64,000 nucleotides of DNA from Candidatus Eremiobacteria bacterium (GCA_963737065.1 CAVTRC010000002.1:416001-480000), one strand, 5' to 3'; shown: positions 11,414-21,556, numbered from the stretch's first letter. Notes: a model not told the origin generated them from the sequence alone. Numbers and translations: made by a program.

Positions 11414-13023
11414 AGCTCGATCCCCAGCGCATCGCGAAGCGGGCGCAACAATTCGCCATACGCCCGCGAACGGCCGACGGAGTGCGAATATATGGGCTGA
11501 CGAACTTGCGACGCGCTCGCCGTGCGAACCATGCGTTTCGTTTCATAAAACGATAAGCACCGATCGTCCCATTCGAGCCCGCAATGTGCGATGATGCGCC
11601 GGGCGTGTGTTTCCAGGTCGCCGACCAGGTCTTCATATTGGACTTCCAGCATGGCACCGTCAGGGAAAACGTCCTTCCAATGCCGCATGAGTTTGCTGTA
11701 GGCGCGATAGTAGTGGCCGAGCTCATGGAGGTCACAAGTCCACGCGATCCCATCGCTAAAGAGCGTGCTGAAGCAGGACCAGCACGTATCGAGTGCATCG
11801 CGTCGCGCGTGAATGAGCCGCGCGTTCGGTAAAACCATGCGGATCAATCCGGCGTAGCGGAAGTTCAGTGGCATTTTGTCGGTCACTCGCATTGCCATCG
11901 GTGGCGCTATTCGGTCGATGGCGTCCGCGTATCGAACGCCGACTTCGGCGGTAACGTGTCCCGGCCGCGCAAAGACGCCCCGCACGATGTCGTCCAGAAA
12001 CGTCAGCTCGCCTCCCGCGCAAACATATGGGTGACTCGCGATGATCTGCTCGATCAACGTTGTTCCCGAGCGCGGCATGCCGAAGATGAAGACGGGCCGC
12101 TGCGTGCCGTGGTACCCGAGTGAACCGCGGGCAAGCACGTCCTTCGAAAAAATCGTTTCGATGTCGTTGAAATTCCTCACCATTTCCAACTCGTCATACT
12201 CGAGCAAGCTGCGGTTGATCGCATTTCCTTTCACGTAGTGGTGAAATGCGGTTTCCCAATCGGATCGTGAGGCGGCAACGTCGCCGAGCGCGAAGTGCGC
12301 TTCTACCCGTTGCTCGGTCGGGCAACACGGATCCGCCACTAACGCCTCCAGCGTCTCGGTGAATGCTGCGCACGCCGTCGATCGCGTCGTCGACGTCAAA
12401 TAGCGATAGTATTCGGGCCGGCGTGGGTTCAGCCGGATGGCCTCCTCGATGGCCGCTTGACCACCGGCGAGATCTCCGAATTCCGTCCGCGCGTTCGCGA
12501 GCGTGGCCCATGCGTTCGCGAGGCCGGGATCACACCGGACTGCCGTCTCGAGTGCTTCGATCGCACGCTCTAAGCGTCCCAAACGGAACAAGACGGCGCC
12601 CAGGGCCTCGTACGTTTCGGCGGACCGGTCTCCGCCGTCGATCGCGCCATGGAGGAGCCGCAACGCCGCTTCGTCGCGCTCGTACTTCTGGTACCACGGG
12701 AGCGCATTCATCAAGGCCTCATGGAAGCCCGGACTTACCTCCAACGCTCGCTCGAAATACGTCTGGGCCTCGTCGGGTTTTCCGACGGCGCGCAGGACCG
12801 CTCCGAAATTATTCAACGCCTCCGCGGAAGCGGGGTTCAGCGCGATTGCGACGGCGAGTGCTTTCGCGGCATCCTCATAGCGTTTCGTAAGCGCCAGCAC
12901 CGACCCAAGCTTCTCGTATGCGGCCGGCGACCGGGGATCGGCCGATACGGCGGCTCGCGCGGCCGTTATCGCTTGATCGAAAAGCCCGGCAGCGGCTAGT
13001 GTGCGAACGGGGTCCGGATCCAC
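11410..13023 (-). CDS. TPR-repeat sulfotransferase (PAPS-dependent)
   Basis: N-terminal TPR repeats, 5'-PSB FIFGMPRSGTTL, DKMPLNF, 3'-PB RDALDTCWSCF, VRTASASQVRQP. Confidence 0.93.
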   Translation of the reverse strand: MDPDPVRTLAAAGLFDQAITAARAAVSADPRSPAAYEKLGSVLALTKRYEDAAKALAVAIALNPASAEALNNFGAVLRAVGKPDEAQTYFERALEVSPGFHEALMNALPWYQKYERDEAALRLLHGAIDGGDRSAETYEALGAVLFRLGRLERAIEALETAVRCDPGLANAWATLANARTEFGDLAGGQAAIEEAIRLNPRRPEYYRYLTSTTRSTACAAFTETLEALVADPCCPTEQRVEAHFALGDVAASRSDWETAFHHYVKGNAINRSLLEYDELEMVRNFNDIETIFSKDVLARGSLGYHGTQRPVFIFGMPRSGTTLIEQIIASHPYVCAGGELTFLDDIVRGVFARPGHVTAEVGVRYADAIDRIAPPMAMRVTDKMPLNFRYAGLIRMVLPNARLIHARRDALDTCWSCFSTLFSDGIAWTCDLHELGHYYRAYSKLMRHWKDVFPDGAMLEVQYEDLVGDLETHARRIIAHCGLEWDDRCLSFYETKRMVRTASASQVRQPIYSHSVGRSRAYGELLRPLRDALGIEL

Positions 13024-13031
13024 CTTACCGG

Positions 13032-13059
13032 TTATCGGCGGCGCAACACGCGGCTGTTA
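13032..13059 (-). promoter_or_regulatory. Sigma28 (FliA/SigD)-type promoter for the sulfotransferase
   Basis: Minus strand TAAC-N16-GCCGATAA with a perfect -10, 8 nt upstream of the GTG start. Confidence 0.65.
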
Positions 13060-13085
13060 AAGTGCGGCCGCGACGCGGCCGAAGA
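13058..13085 (+). promoter_or_regulatory. Sigma28-type promoter for flagellin
   Basis: TAAA-N16-GCCGAAGA upstream of the flagellin gene. Confidence 0.75.
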
Positions 13086-13154
13086 CCCATGAGAAGGAAG
13101 AGGATGGATCCTCTCCTCTTTGGCGCAGCGCGCGCTTCTATGGAGGGAAATCGC

Positions 13155-14537
13155 GTGGGGCAAGGCCTCTCGATTGCCAATAATCTTTTGGCAAACAACG
13201 TTCAGCTCAACCTCGACCGGAACCAAGAGTTACTCAAGAACACGGTGACGCAGCTCTCGTCCGGTTTGCGTATAAACACGGCTGCTGACGATCCCTCCGG
13301 CCTCGCGATTGCGACGAACTTGCAAACGCAAGTCAACGGATATAACGCCGCGATCCAAAACGTCCAAAACGCTAACAACGCAGCGCAAGTTGCTTCGGGC
13401 GCGCTTCAAACGACGACCGATATCCTGCAGCGCATCCGCAACCTTGCGGTCGAAGCCGCTTCGGATGTCAATAGCAACAGCGACCGGACGAATCTCCAAG
13501 CCGAAGTATCGCAGCTGCTGCTCGAAGTCAATCGCATCTCGCAGAACGCGAACTTCAACGGCCAAGCGCTTCTCGACGGAAGCCATGCCGGTTTCCAAGC
13601 GGAGCAGAACGCGTTTCTGAACGTTAGTGCGAATGCGTCACTCTCGACGAACGGAAACCTCGCGCAAGTAAACGGCATCAACTACGGGTTTCTCGTCGCA
13701 TCTGCGAGCGGTTATCATGCAGGCGGGATCAATTACTTCAACACGACACCGGGCGGTTCGGGAACGTATAAGGGCGTCTTCGGGCTCGGGAGCGGCGCCG
13801 GCGATCAAGCCACCGTAGACGGCACGATCGAATTGCAAGTAATCAACACCGGCGTTTCGATCGCGGTGCAAGAAACGTTTATCGAGAGCGCAACAGGATT
13901 GGTTTGTGTATCGTCCACGCTCTTCGGCGGACAAGGCGGGAAACAGGCGGCGTCTCCCGGCGGGACCAATCTTCGGACCATCGCTAACACGAAGACGTCG
14001 GCAACGGGTGCTTCGGGATTCGACAACGTGGTCGTCACGCTCGGCTACTTCACGACAGCCGACGTGGGTACGACCGCGTACATCAAAGTGAGCCAGAACG
14101 TGGCCGCACTGACGAATCCGAACAATCCGGCGCTCAGCTTTCAATCGGCTGCCGACGAAGGCGACGTTATTCAGATCGGAATTGAAGCGACGAATACGGC
14201 GACGTTGCGAATATCGAATATCAACCTTGCAGTGTCGGCCGCGAGTGCGAGCTCGCTCGGCGCGGAAGACGCGATCGGGCAAATCGATAATGCGTTACAA
14301 CGGATTCTGAATCAGCAAGCCCAGTTGGGCGCGGCGATCGTACGATTGAACGAAGACGCGAGTAGCGACAATATCGCCGCCGTGAATCTTCAAGCGTCGG
14401 AATCATCGATTCGCGATTTGAACGTCGGTCAAGCGACGACCGAATTCACGAAGGAACAGATCCTCGTGCAAGTCGGAACGTCGGTCTTGGCGCAGTCCAA
14501 TAGCAACGCGCAGTCCGTCTTGGGGCTTTTCGGCTAA
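13155..14537 (+). CDS. fliC: Flagellin
   Basis: LSSGLRINTAADDPSGLAIA, LQRIRNLAVEAAS, C-terminal ASESSIRDLNV...QVGTSVLAQSN...VLGL. GGAGG SD precedes GTG 13155. Confidence 0.97.
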   Translation: MGQGLSIANNLLANNVQLNLDRNQELLKNTVTQLSSGLRINTAADDPSGLAIATNLQTQVNGYNAAIQNVQNANNAAQVASGALQTTTDILQRIRNLAVEAASDVNSNSDRTNLQAEVSQLLLEVNRISQNANFNGQALLDGSHAGFQAEQNAFLNVSANASLSTNGNLAQVNGINYGFLVASASGYHAGGINYFNTTPGGSGTYKGVFGLGSGAGDQATVDGTIELQVINTGVSIAVQETFIESATGLVCVSSTLFGGQGGKQAASPGGTNLRTIANTKTSATGASGFDNVVVTLGYFTTADVGTTAYIKVSQNVAALTNPNNPALSFQSAADEGDVIQIGIEATNTATLRISNINLAVSAASASSLGAEDAIGQIDNALQRILNQQAQLGAAIVRLNEDASSDNIAAVNLQASESSIRDLNVGQATTEFTKEQILVQVGTSVLAQSNSNAQSVLGLFG

Positions 14538-14584
14538 GCGCTTGAACCCCGCACACTACGGCCGATAAATCATCGGTCGCGATA

Positions 14585-16300
14585 CTAGCCGCGCAGGGCG
14601 AGCATCGCCACGCGCATTGCGTTTAGCGGTGTCTTGTGCATCTCGAAATCGAGCAGTGCTTTTGCGGTGCGATGGGCGGCGTTGTTTGTGATGAACCACG
14701 GAGGCTTAGGAAGCAGCGTCGAGCCGTACCGCCCAACGCTGCGCGGAAATTCAGCAAATGGGGCGTAGATAACGCTCTTTTCCGTGCGGTCAAAGAGATA
14801 GGAATTATGCACGACGCCGATGCCGCTGCGAACGTCGTCGGGCGTGTGGCCGGGATACGCGCCCCAGGGGGTTTCCGTTAGCAAAAACGCGACGCCGGTC
14901 CACGCGTTCACGCCCAGGCACCCGAAGCGCAGCCCGGCAATTGCGGCATCCAGTTCGCCGGCAAAGTCGTGCATCGTCTTTGGATGAACGATGATGTTTG
15001 CACCGAGCGTGCCCCATAAGCGCTCGTTAGCGAAGGCCGTGGCCGTTTTGAGAAACTCACCCGTCTCGCCCGGTAGCGTCGTGACCGCTAAAACACTCGA
15101 AAAAGCCTCCGTTTCGAACGCTGTTGCAAAAGAATGTGCCTCGATGTTGACGATCGTTCGGTGAGTGAATTCCTCTCCACGTTTGCCGAAGCGCGAGATG
15201 TTTTCGTGTCCGTCGGTGAGCGCTTCGCAGCGCTCGGCGGCGCCGGGGTAATATGCGGGACGGTCGGCGATTGCGTCCATGACATTCCCGATCTGTGCGA
15301 GCAGTTTGTTTGTGCCGTCCCAGGATTTCGGGAGGATCAGCACTTGGCTTGCGACGCAGTTGAAGCCGCCGTTATGCATCTTTTGCGTCGCGATGTGTTC
15401 GGCTTGGAACTTGAAGTCCGCATCCGTCCACTTGCCCGGCACGACGATCGTCGGCGAAACGTTGCCGAGTTCGGATGTAACTGGTTTGTGTAAGACGGGA
15501 TCGTTACGCCGCTTGCGTTCGGCGGCATCCGGGCCATCGCCGAAAACGATACGGTCGTGCGTCGTTGCGCTGCCGGTTACGTGAACCTCGTCCACCAGCG
15601 GATGGGCGCACAGGAACTTTCCGACATCCGCTCCACCGTACGCCAGACGGAGAAAGCCTTCGTCCACGAGCGGCCTCAGCGCATCTTCGAAAATCGGCCC
15701 CAAATACTCGCTGACCGGATTCATCTTCAAGATGCAGACGGCGCCATCAGCGATCAACTTGTAGAAGACGTCGAGCGGCGGAATCGCCGAGATATTGCCG
15801 GCCGCGAGTACCACTGCAACGCGCGGCTGCGGATCGCGACGCTTGTACCACACCGCCATGGTTTGTGCCAGCGTTGCCGGTGCGACGTCCGGCTGCATCC
15901 AGACCTCTGCGCGAATACCGTTGAAAAGCAACCCGTCGTACGGAGTAGTTGGAAAAACATCAACAACAACGTGCCGGTTTGCGCGCATCCGGACGCGTTT
16001 GCAAGGAAACTGCGGCGTGCCGAAACGTTCGATGTCGCGCAGCGTGCGCACATAGCGATTGAGCGCATACAGAACTGCCCACGGCCCGCTGATCAACTCT
16101 TCGCCCGCGAGAGGCGTCCCCGCGACGCCTTTTGCGTCGGCGGCTGCGTTCGCCCAGCGCTCGGCTTGCGCGTACGTCGCATCGCGCACGCGCTCGAACA
16201 GCGCGGCTTTCGCGCCGGGCGGCAGCGCGATCCAGCGCGTCGCGCCGTCGCGCAATTCGGACAAAGAACGGTCGGTCTCGGCGGGCGTTGCCGCGGGCAT
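14585..16300 (-). CDS. Aldehyde dehydrogenase family protein
   Basis: AGN, ILKMNP, VTGS, SELGNVSP, GFNCVA, EAF. Confidence 0.9.
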   Translation of the reverse strand: MPAATPAETDRSLSELRDGATRWIALPPGAKAALFERVRDATYAQAERWANAAADAKGVAGTPLAGEELISGPWAVLYALNRYVRTLRDIERFGTPQFPCKRVRMRANRHVVVDVFPTTPYDGLLFNGIRAEVWMQPDVAPATLAQTMAVWYKRRDPQPRVAVVLAAGNISAIPPLDVFYKLIADGAVCILKMNPVSEYLGPIFEDALRPLVDEGFLRLAYGGADVGKFLCAHPLVDEVHVTGSATTHDRIVFGDGPDAAERKRRNDPVLHKPVTSELGNVSPTIVVPGKWTDADFKFQAEHIATQKMHNGGFNCVASQVLILPKSWDGTNKLLAQIGNVMDAIADRPAYYPGAAERCEALTDGHENISRFGKRGEEFTHRTIVNIEAHSFATAFETEAFSSVLAVTTLPGETGEFLKTATAFANERLWGTLGANIIVHPKTMHDFAGELDAAIAGLRFGCLGVNAWTGVAFLLTETPWGAYPGHTPDDVRSGIGVVHNSYLFDRTEKSVIYAPFAEFPRSVGRYGSTLLPKPPWFITNNAAHRTAKALLDFEMHKTPLNAMRVAMLALRG

Positions 16301-16348
16301 TATGCGCGCGGATTCGTTACGATCGGAGACGCATGAACGCTGCGGGCA

Positions 16349-16762
16349 TTATGTGCCGCCGTGGCCTCCGCTGAGCATCCATTCCTGACCGAAGCGATCG
16401 GTCAACATTCCGAAACTGCCGCCCCAGAACGCCGGTGCGAACGGCATGGTGACGTCGCCGCCTCCGGAAAGCCGGTCGAAAATCGACTTCGCCTCGTTCG
16501 CGTCGTTGCCGGCGAGCGAGAGCGCAACGTTTGCTTCGGATGCCTGACCGCTGCCGGGCCGGCGGTCCGACGCCATAAACGTGAAGCCCTCACCGTTGAA
16601 CGTTGCGTGCATCACTTTTTGCGACCATTCCGAACCGACTTCGGATTCCATCGGTGAACCGGCAAAGCGGTTCAGCTCATAGTCGCCGCCGAGGACCTGC
16701 TTGTAGAACTGCAACGCTTCTTCACAGCGGCCATCGAAGAAAAGATAAGGCTGGAGTTGCAT
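16349..16762 (-). CDS. VOC/PhnB-like protein
   Basis: QPYLFFDGRCEEALQFY, VMHA, MPF.PAFWG..FGMLTDRFG. Confidence 0.92.
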   Translation of the reverse strand: MQLQPYLFFDGRCEEALQFYKQVLGGDYELNRFAGSPMESEVGSEWSQKVMHATFNGEGFTFMASDRRPGSGQASEANVALSLAGNDANEAKSIFDRLSGGGDVTMPFAPAFWGGSFGMLTDRFGQEWMLSGGHGGT

Positions 16763-16846
16763 CCCCGTATGGTACGACACCATCACGAAACCGTCGTTAA
16801 GGATTCATCTTTGGATGGGTATATCAGTTCCCTCGGAGGGCCTTGC

Positions 16847-17068
16847 ATGAGCGAGTTAGCTACCGAACTGTGGGTTTGTTTACGTGACGGGCGCCGCGTA
16901 TGCGAACGCTACAATCAGCGCGAGATGGCGGAGTTCGTTCGCGCAAACATGTTGGAGCGGATGTCGCATCACATGCCGCTCGTATGTTTTGACGGCGAAC
17001 AAATCGAGATTCCGTCGGAATCGGTCGAACGAATTGAGATCGTCCAGCCGTACTTGACGGCGCCGTAA
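16847..17068 (+). CDS. Small hypothetical protein (73 aa)
   Basis: GGAGGG SD before ATG 16847. Fills an intergenic gap. Confidence 0.7.
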   Translation: MSELATELWVCLRDGRRVCERYNQREMAEFVRANMLERMSHHMPLVCFDGEQIEIPSESVERIEIVQPYLTAP

Positions 17069-17076
17069 ACCGCGAT

Positions 17077-18312
17077 CTACAGCGCCGTCGTGCCGTTCGG
17101 CGAACCGAGCCCGGTTTGCAGCGCGGACGCTCCCATTACAACCGAATTCAAGCCGCTCGTGTGCGTGTAAATGTATTGAGCCGTCGAAAGTTGCGACGCA
17201 TTGCCCGCGAGCGCGATTGCGCCTGCGACGATCGGCGTGGCGACGCTCGTGCCGCCGTAGACTTCCCATCCGCCTCGCAACGCCGCCGGTCCTTTCCCTT
17301 GACCCGCCGAATCGTAGATTGCAACCCCGGTGTTCGGGTCAGCGACCGCGGATACGTCAGCAACGGCGCGTGTCGTGCATGGTGTGGACGTTTGCCATGC
17401 GGGTTTTGCGAAGGCGGTGCTGCAACCATAGCCGGCGTGAGTCCATGCGGCCTCGTACCAGCCGCGTTGCGCGGTCACGCGCATGAGAGTCGTTCCGCCG
17501 ACGGCAATAATCGAAGGCTCCGCCGCGGGCCACGAAACACCGGCTCCGGAGTCGCCGGATCCGGCGACGACGGCTACGCCCGGGTGGGAGAAGACGCCCG
17601 GCATCGCCTGACCGCTATACGATTCCGCGACACTCCAGCTATTGCTTACAACGTTTGCCTTTTGCGCAACCGCCTCAAGAAGTGCCAACACCATGTTACT
17701 GAGGCTGTCGTCATTCGCTTCGACGACGACCAGTTTGCAATTCGGACACACGGCGGACGCCATATCTAAGTCGATCGCTGTTTCGGCGGTCCATCCCGGA
17801 TTGGAGCCGGGAAGATGAGAACTGCCGTTCTGCGCGACGAAACGCAGGCATCCGGTCGACGTGGCACATGCCGGGAGTCCGAACTTCGCTCGGTAGACCG
17901 CGAGATCTGCTGCTGCGGTCGAACTACTGAACGGGACAACAATCGCGATCGTTTGCCCTACACCGCTCGATGATCCCGAGGGGAGAGCATAGGCGGATTG
18001 GAGATCGGCCGGATGGAGGCCGGGTATCTGGCTCACCGGCGTCAATGCGCCGAGCGGCGCAATGTCGGTTCGCTGGCTAGCATGACACGTTATGATCGTC
18101 CCCGAGCACGGATTCACCGTCGGTGCCGGCGTTCCAATGGCAATCGCATGCGCCTCTTGCGGCGAATACTGCCTCGACGTGTTCAAAGCCGGCGATTGAT
18201 CTGCATGGGAAATGCCGGGCATCACCGGGCCGGAAGAACGTGCGCTGCACCCGGTAAGGCAAAGGGAAGCCGCGCACATCACTACCGTGACAACATTAAC
18301 GATTTTACGCAT
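17077..18312 (-). CDS. S53 (sedolisin/kumamolisin-like) peptidase, lipoprotein
   Basis: ETAID (Glu/Asp), SNSW, SGDSG, DVSAVADP, GGTSVATP, lipobox LTGC. Confidence 0.9.
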   Translation of the reverse strand: MRKIVNVVTVVMCAASLCLTGCSARSSGPVMPGISHADQSPALNTSRQYSPQEAHAIAIGTPAPTVNPCSGTIITCHASQRTDIAPLGALTPVSQIPGLHPADLQSAYALPSGSSSGVGQTIAIVVPFSSSTAAADLAVYRAKFGLPACATSTGCLRFVAQNGSSHLPGSNPGWTAETAIDLDMASAVCPNCKLVVVEANDDSLSNMVLALLEAVAQKANVVSNSWSVAESYSGQAMPGVFSHPGVAVVAGSGDSGAGVSWPAAEPSIIAVGGTTLMRVTAQRGWYEAAWTHAGYGCSTAFAKPAWQTSTPCTTRAVADVSAVADPNTGVAIYDSAGQGKGPAALRGGWEVYGGTSVATPIVAGAIALAGNASQLSTAQYIYTHTSGLNSVVMGASALQTGLGSPNGTTAL

Positions 18313-18332
18313 GGGTATCTCCATCAGTTTGG

Positions 18333-19286
18333 TCATGAGCTCAACACCGTCCGCAGCGCGCGGACAATCTCGGGGTCGAAATGCGTACGAGCGCCGATCT
18401 CCAACTGTTCAAGCGCGTACGCTGGTGGAAGCGGGTCGCGATACGGACGTCTTCCGATCATTGCGTTGAATGCATCAGCAACCGCGACGACTTGCGCCTG
18501 AAGTGAAATCTGCGCTCCGCGCAGTCCGTCGGGGTAGCCTGTGCCGTCGAGTCGTTCGTGGTGATGACGTATCGCCGAACGGTATGGGTGCAAGACTTCC
18601 TCACCATCCGCCATCTGGTCGCCGTGAACGGTATGCGCGCGCATCAACACCCACTCTGATTCCGTAAGCGCCCGCGGAGCCGTGAGAATGCGTTCCGGCA
18701 CGGCGATCTTTCCGATGTCGTGCACGAGACCGGCGCGTGACATTTCTTTGGCCTCGCTGTCGGTGAGATAGAGGCAACGTGCTATTCGCGAACACCACGA
18801 TCCAACAGCTCGGGAATGCTCTGCCGTAAGGGAATCTTGGGTCTCGAGCCGGCTCAACAGCCGGTTGATGGTGCCGTCGACGATATCGAGTTGTTCGTCC
18901 TCGATCGGAATTGACGATGCGAAACTGTCCTCAATGATGTCGACGATCGTCTGGATCAACGGCCGCGCTGTCAACGGAAAACCGTTCTGGGCGGCAACCT
19001 GCGAAAGCACCGGGCCTAACGCTTGCGCAACGTTTTTCGGCGGCCGCAGCACGTTGCTTCCGGATACAGCGTGCTTCGTCCAGTTTAGAAACTGCTCGCA
19101 GTCCGATTCATCGTTCGCTGCAAGTAACGACGTCAAGAACGCCTCGACGAATAAATGGCCGCCGAACGTAGGATACGGCGCGGAGCCATCATGGACGAGG
19201 ATGTCGGCGACAAATGCTTCGCGGCCGTTGCGCAACGCCTTGGCGAACGAGCGAACGATCTGAGTTTGCGCATGTAAGTCAACCAA
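18333..19286 (-). CDS. HD-GYP domain phosphodiesterase
   Basis: T.EHS..V, HDIGK, HHERLDGTGYP, AVADAFNAM. Confidence 0.93.
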   Translation of the reverse strand: MVDLHAQTQIVRSFAKALRNGREAFVADILVHDGSAPYPTFGGHLFVEAFLTSLLAANDESDCEQFLNWTKHAVSGSNVLRPPKNVAQALGPVLSQVAAQNGFPLTARPLIQTIVDIIEDSFASSIPIEDEQLDIVDGTINRLLSRLETQDSLTAEHSRAVGSWCSRIARCLYLTDSEAKEMSRAGLVHDIGKIAVPERILTAPRALTESEWVLMRAHTVHGDQMADGEEVLHPYRSAIRHHHERLDGTGYPDGLRGAQISLQAQVVAVADAFNAMIGRRPYRDPLPPAYALEQLEIGARTHFDPEIVRALRTVLSS

Positions 19287-21468
19287 CGGCGCGCACTCCC
19301 TGACGGTGCTCGCGCATCATAAGCGGCATTGGCAACTGCGCAAGCAATACGGCGAGACCCGCGCCGCCTTCGGATTCCAGTCGCCGCAGCGCCGCCTCTA
19401 CGTCGTGCGCGTTTTTCGTGCCCGTCCACATGAGGTGCACGTGAAGTGCGGCGTTCCGAAACGCTTCGAGTCTCGGGTAGGACTGTGCGCACGGTTTTAG
19501 TTCCGCGAAGTGATGATCGGCGTGGCGATCGCCGGCGATGCTCGAAGCAAGCGCGGCCAGAATTCCGGCGCGTACGACCTTTTGCGACCCGCGGTCGAGC
19601 GTTTCGAGCGCGCATCGTACGCGGCGCAGATGAGTCCGGGCTTCCATCGAACGCCCGGCGGCGATCGCGTAGAGGGCCAATTGCGCTTCCCGGTACGCGC
19701 GGAAGTCGTCGCCTGCCTGTTGCGCGAGGCTCGGCAAAAGCAAATCGTACGCCCGCTCGAATGATCCTTCCCATGCGCGCTGCATCGCCTGGCTTGGCAA
19801 TAGGGCGTCGGACGTAACTTTGGTTTCGTAACGAACGTCGAAGGTTCGCAGCATGCGCGTTGCCTCTGCAATCGCCGCAAGATCGTAAAGCTCGACATGA
19901 TATTCGAGCATCGCCATGACTGCATAGGACTGAAAATCGATGTTTCCGATTTTCACGCTGTAATTTGCAAGTTGCTGGAGCGCCTGTAGCGCGGCTTGCG
20001 GTTCGTCTCGGCGACAAGCGACAGCGTAGATCACCGAAAGCGCGCCGACCGCAACGACGTATGAAAACGTCTGCAGTGCGAAGTCGAGACCTTTTTGTGC
20101 ATAGCGTTCGGTTTGCGCGAGATCGCTCGTGGAATACAAGTAGACGTAGCCCACACGCGTGTAGAGCAGCGCTTTGGTCGCCTCGTCTTCGACGTCGTTG
20201 ACGAGGGCTAAGACGCGAGTGATGTGATCTAACGCTTCTTGCGGCCGTTCGTTCATCACGCAGCTCTGCGCGAGCGCCGAGCGCACTTCGACTTCACGGC
20301 GCTCGTCGAGCTCGTCTGCGAGCAACGGACTGAGCACATCGAGTGCATCTAGCCGGTTTCGGCGCAACAAGTCACAGCCGTATGCGTACGTGATCTGATG
20401 TTTGAGGTCGCCGCTCGCGAGCTTTGCCGCTTCCGTAAACAGGTTTTCTGCCACGTCATAACGGCCGGCGCGCGATGCGCTTGCCGCTTTCAAAGCATAA
20501 ATCACCGGGTCTTCATCGCCGTCCGGAAGTGCGCGAAGCGCCGAATCGATTGCATGGGCCGATACGGATTCCGCGATGTGCAGGCCGTGCCGTGAGAGCA
20601 GTTGCCGAAGCAAATCGTACGCGCCCGTGCGGTGATAGACGTCTAACGCGTCCTCGTAGCGATGGTTTCGGACGAGCGATTCACCGACATCCAGAACCAT
20701 AGCGCGAAGCGCGATCGCATCGCGTCCGCGGCAGCCATCGAGCAGTCTGCGACGTACGTCTCTGCGCATGCGCAACGGTTTGTGATGTTCGAATATCGCG
20801 GGATGGGCGTTTCGGATCTGGAGCAACAACGCCGCGCCGGCGACGCCGACCGTCGTATCGACGACCGTGTCCGTCAAATCGCCCAGCAGAGACAGCCGTT
20901 CCAAAAACGCGCGTTCTGCGCCGCTGAGCCCATAGAGCAGGTCCGCGGAGACCTTAGCGTCGTCACCGCGAGCGTGGATTGGAAGCCCGGCGATCCCGAA
21001 AGCCATCCATGCGTTCACCGGCAGGTCGCCGAGGCTACGTCCCGCGAGTATGAATCGCGCGTTCTCTGCGCCCTGCACGAAATGGTCGAAAAATTCAACG
21101 ATCTGCGGCTCGCGCGCGATCACCTCAACGTTGTCGATAACGATCGTGATACTGCGGTCCGGTAAGTGCGAACAAAGCCACGCTGCGACGCGTGCGGCCG
21201 GTGCGGGAACGGCGGCCAGGCGATCCTGCATGGCGTTAAAGCTTACCATCGCGCCCCGCGCGACGTGCGCGAGCTCGGTTACGAGCCCATGAACGAATTG
21301 GAAAAGCGATTCGCGCTCTTCATCGACGGCAAAAAAGATCGCCTTGACGTTGTCGCGCTCGCCCCAGCTGCGCAGCGCGTGCGATTTACCGGAAAGGGCC
21401 GGCCCTACGAGGCAGGAGACACGCCGGCTCGCAGTGGCTGAACAGATCGAAGCAGTATCAAACGCCAT
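19279..21468 (-). CDS. MalT-like P-loop ATPase/TPR protein without a C-terminal HTH
   Basis: Walker A GPALSGKS, Walker B IVIDN, FILAGR, long helical-repeat region. No LuxR HTH visible. Confidence 0.7.
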   Translation of the reverse strand: MAFDTASICSATASRRVSCLVGPALSGKSHALRSWGERDNVKAIFFAVDEERESLFQFVHGLVTELAHVARGAMVSFNAMQDRLAAVPAPAARVAAWLCSHLPDRSITIVIDNVEVIAREPQIVEFFDHFVQGAENARFILAGRSLGDLPVNAWMAFGIAGLPIHARGDDAKVSADLLYGLSGAERAFLERLSLLGDLTDTVVDTTVGVAGAALLLQIRNAHPAIFEHHKPLRMRRDVRRRLLDGCRGRDAIALRAMVLDVGESLVRNHRYEDALDVYHRTGAYDLLRQLLSRHGLHIAESVSAHAIDSALRALPDGDEDPVIYALKAASASRAGRYDVAENLFTEAAKLASGDLKHQITYAYGCDLLRRNRLDALDVLSPLLADELDERREVEVRSALAQSCVMNERPQEALDHITRVLALVNDVEDEATKALLYTRVGYVYLYSTSDLAQTERYAQKGLDFALQTFSYVVAVGALSVIYAVACRRDEPQAALQALQQLANYSVKIGNIDFQSYAVMAMLEYHVELYDLAAIAEATRMLRTFDVRYETKVTSDALLPSQAMQRAWEGSFERAYDLLLPSLAQQAGDDFRAYREAQLALYAIAAGRSMEARTHLRRVRCALETLDRGSQKVVRAGILAALASSIAGDRHADHHFAELKPCAQSYPRLEAFRNAALHVHLMWTGTKNAHDVEAALRRLESEGGAGLAVLLAQLPMPLMMREHRQGVRAVG

Positions 21469-21556
21469 CCCAAGGCCAGTATAAAGCCGCTAGCTCGCTT
21501 TACGACCATTGTAGCCCTCGGCTTTTACGGAGCTTTAACGAAAAACAGCGTTGGTT

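Noticed and set aside
14542..14578. Perfect GCCGATAA downstream of flagellin as another sigma28 promoter
   Set aside because: Poor -35, it points antisense into the aldehyde dehydrogenase, and it forms one arm of a CCGAT/ATCGG hairpin between convergent genes.
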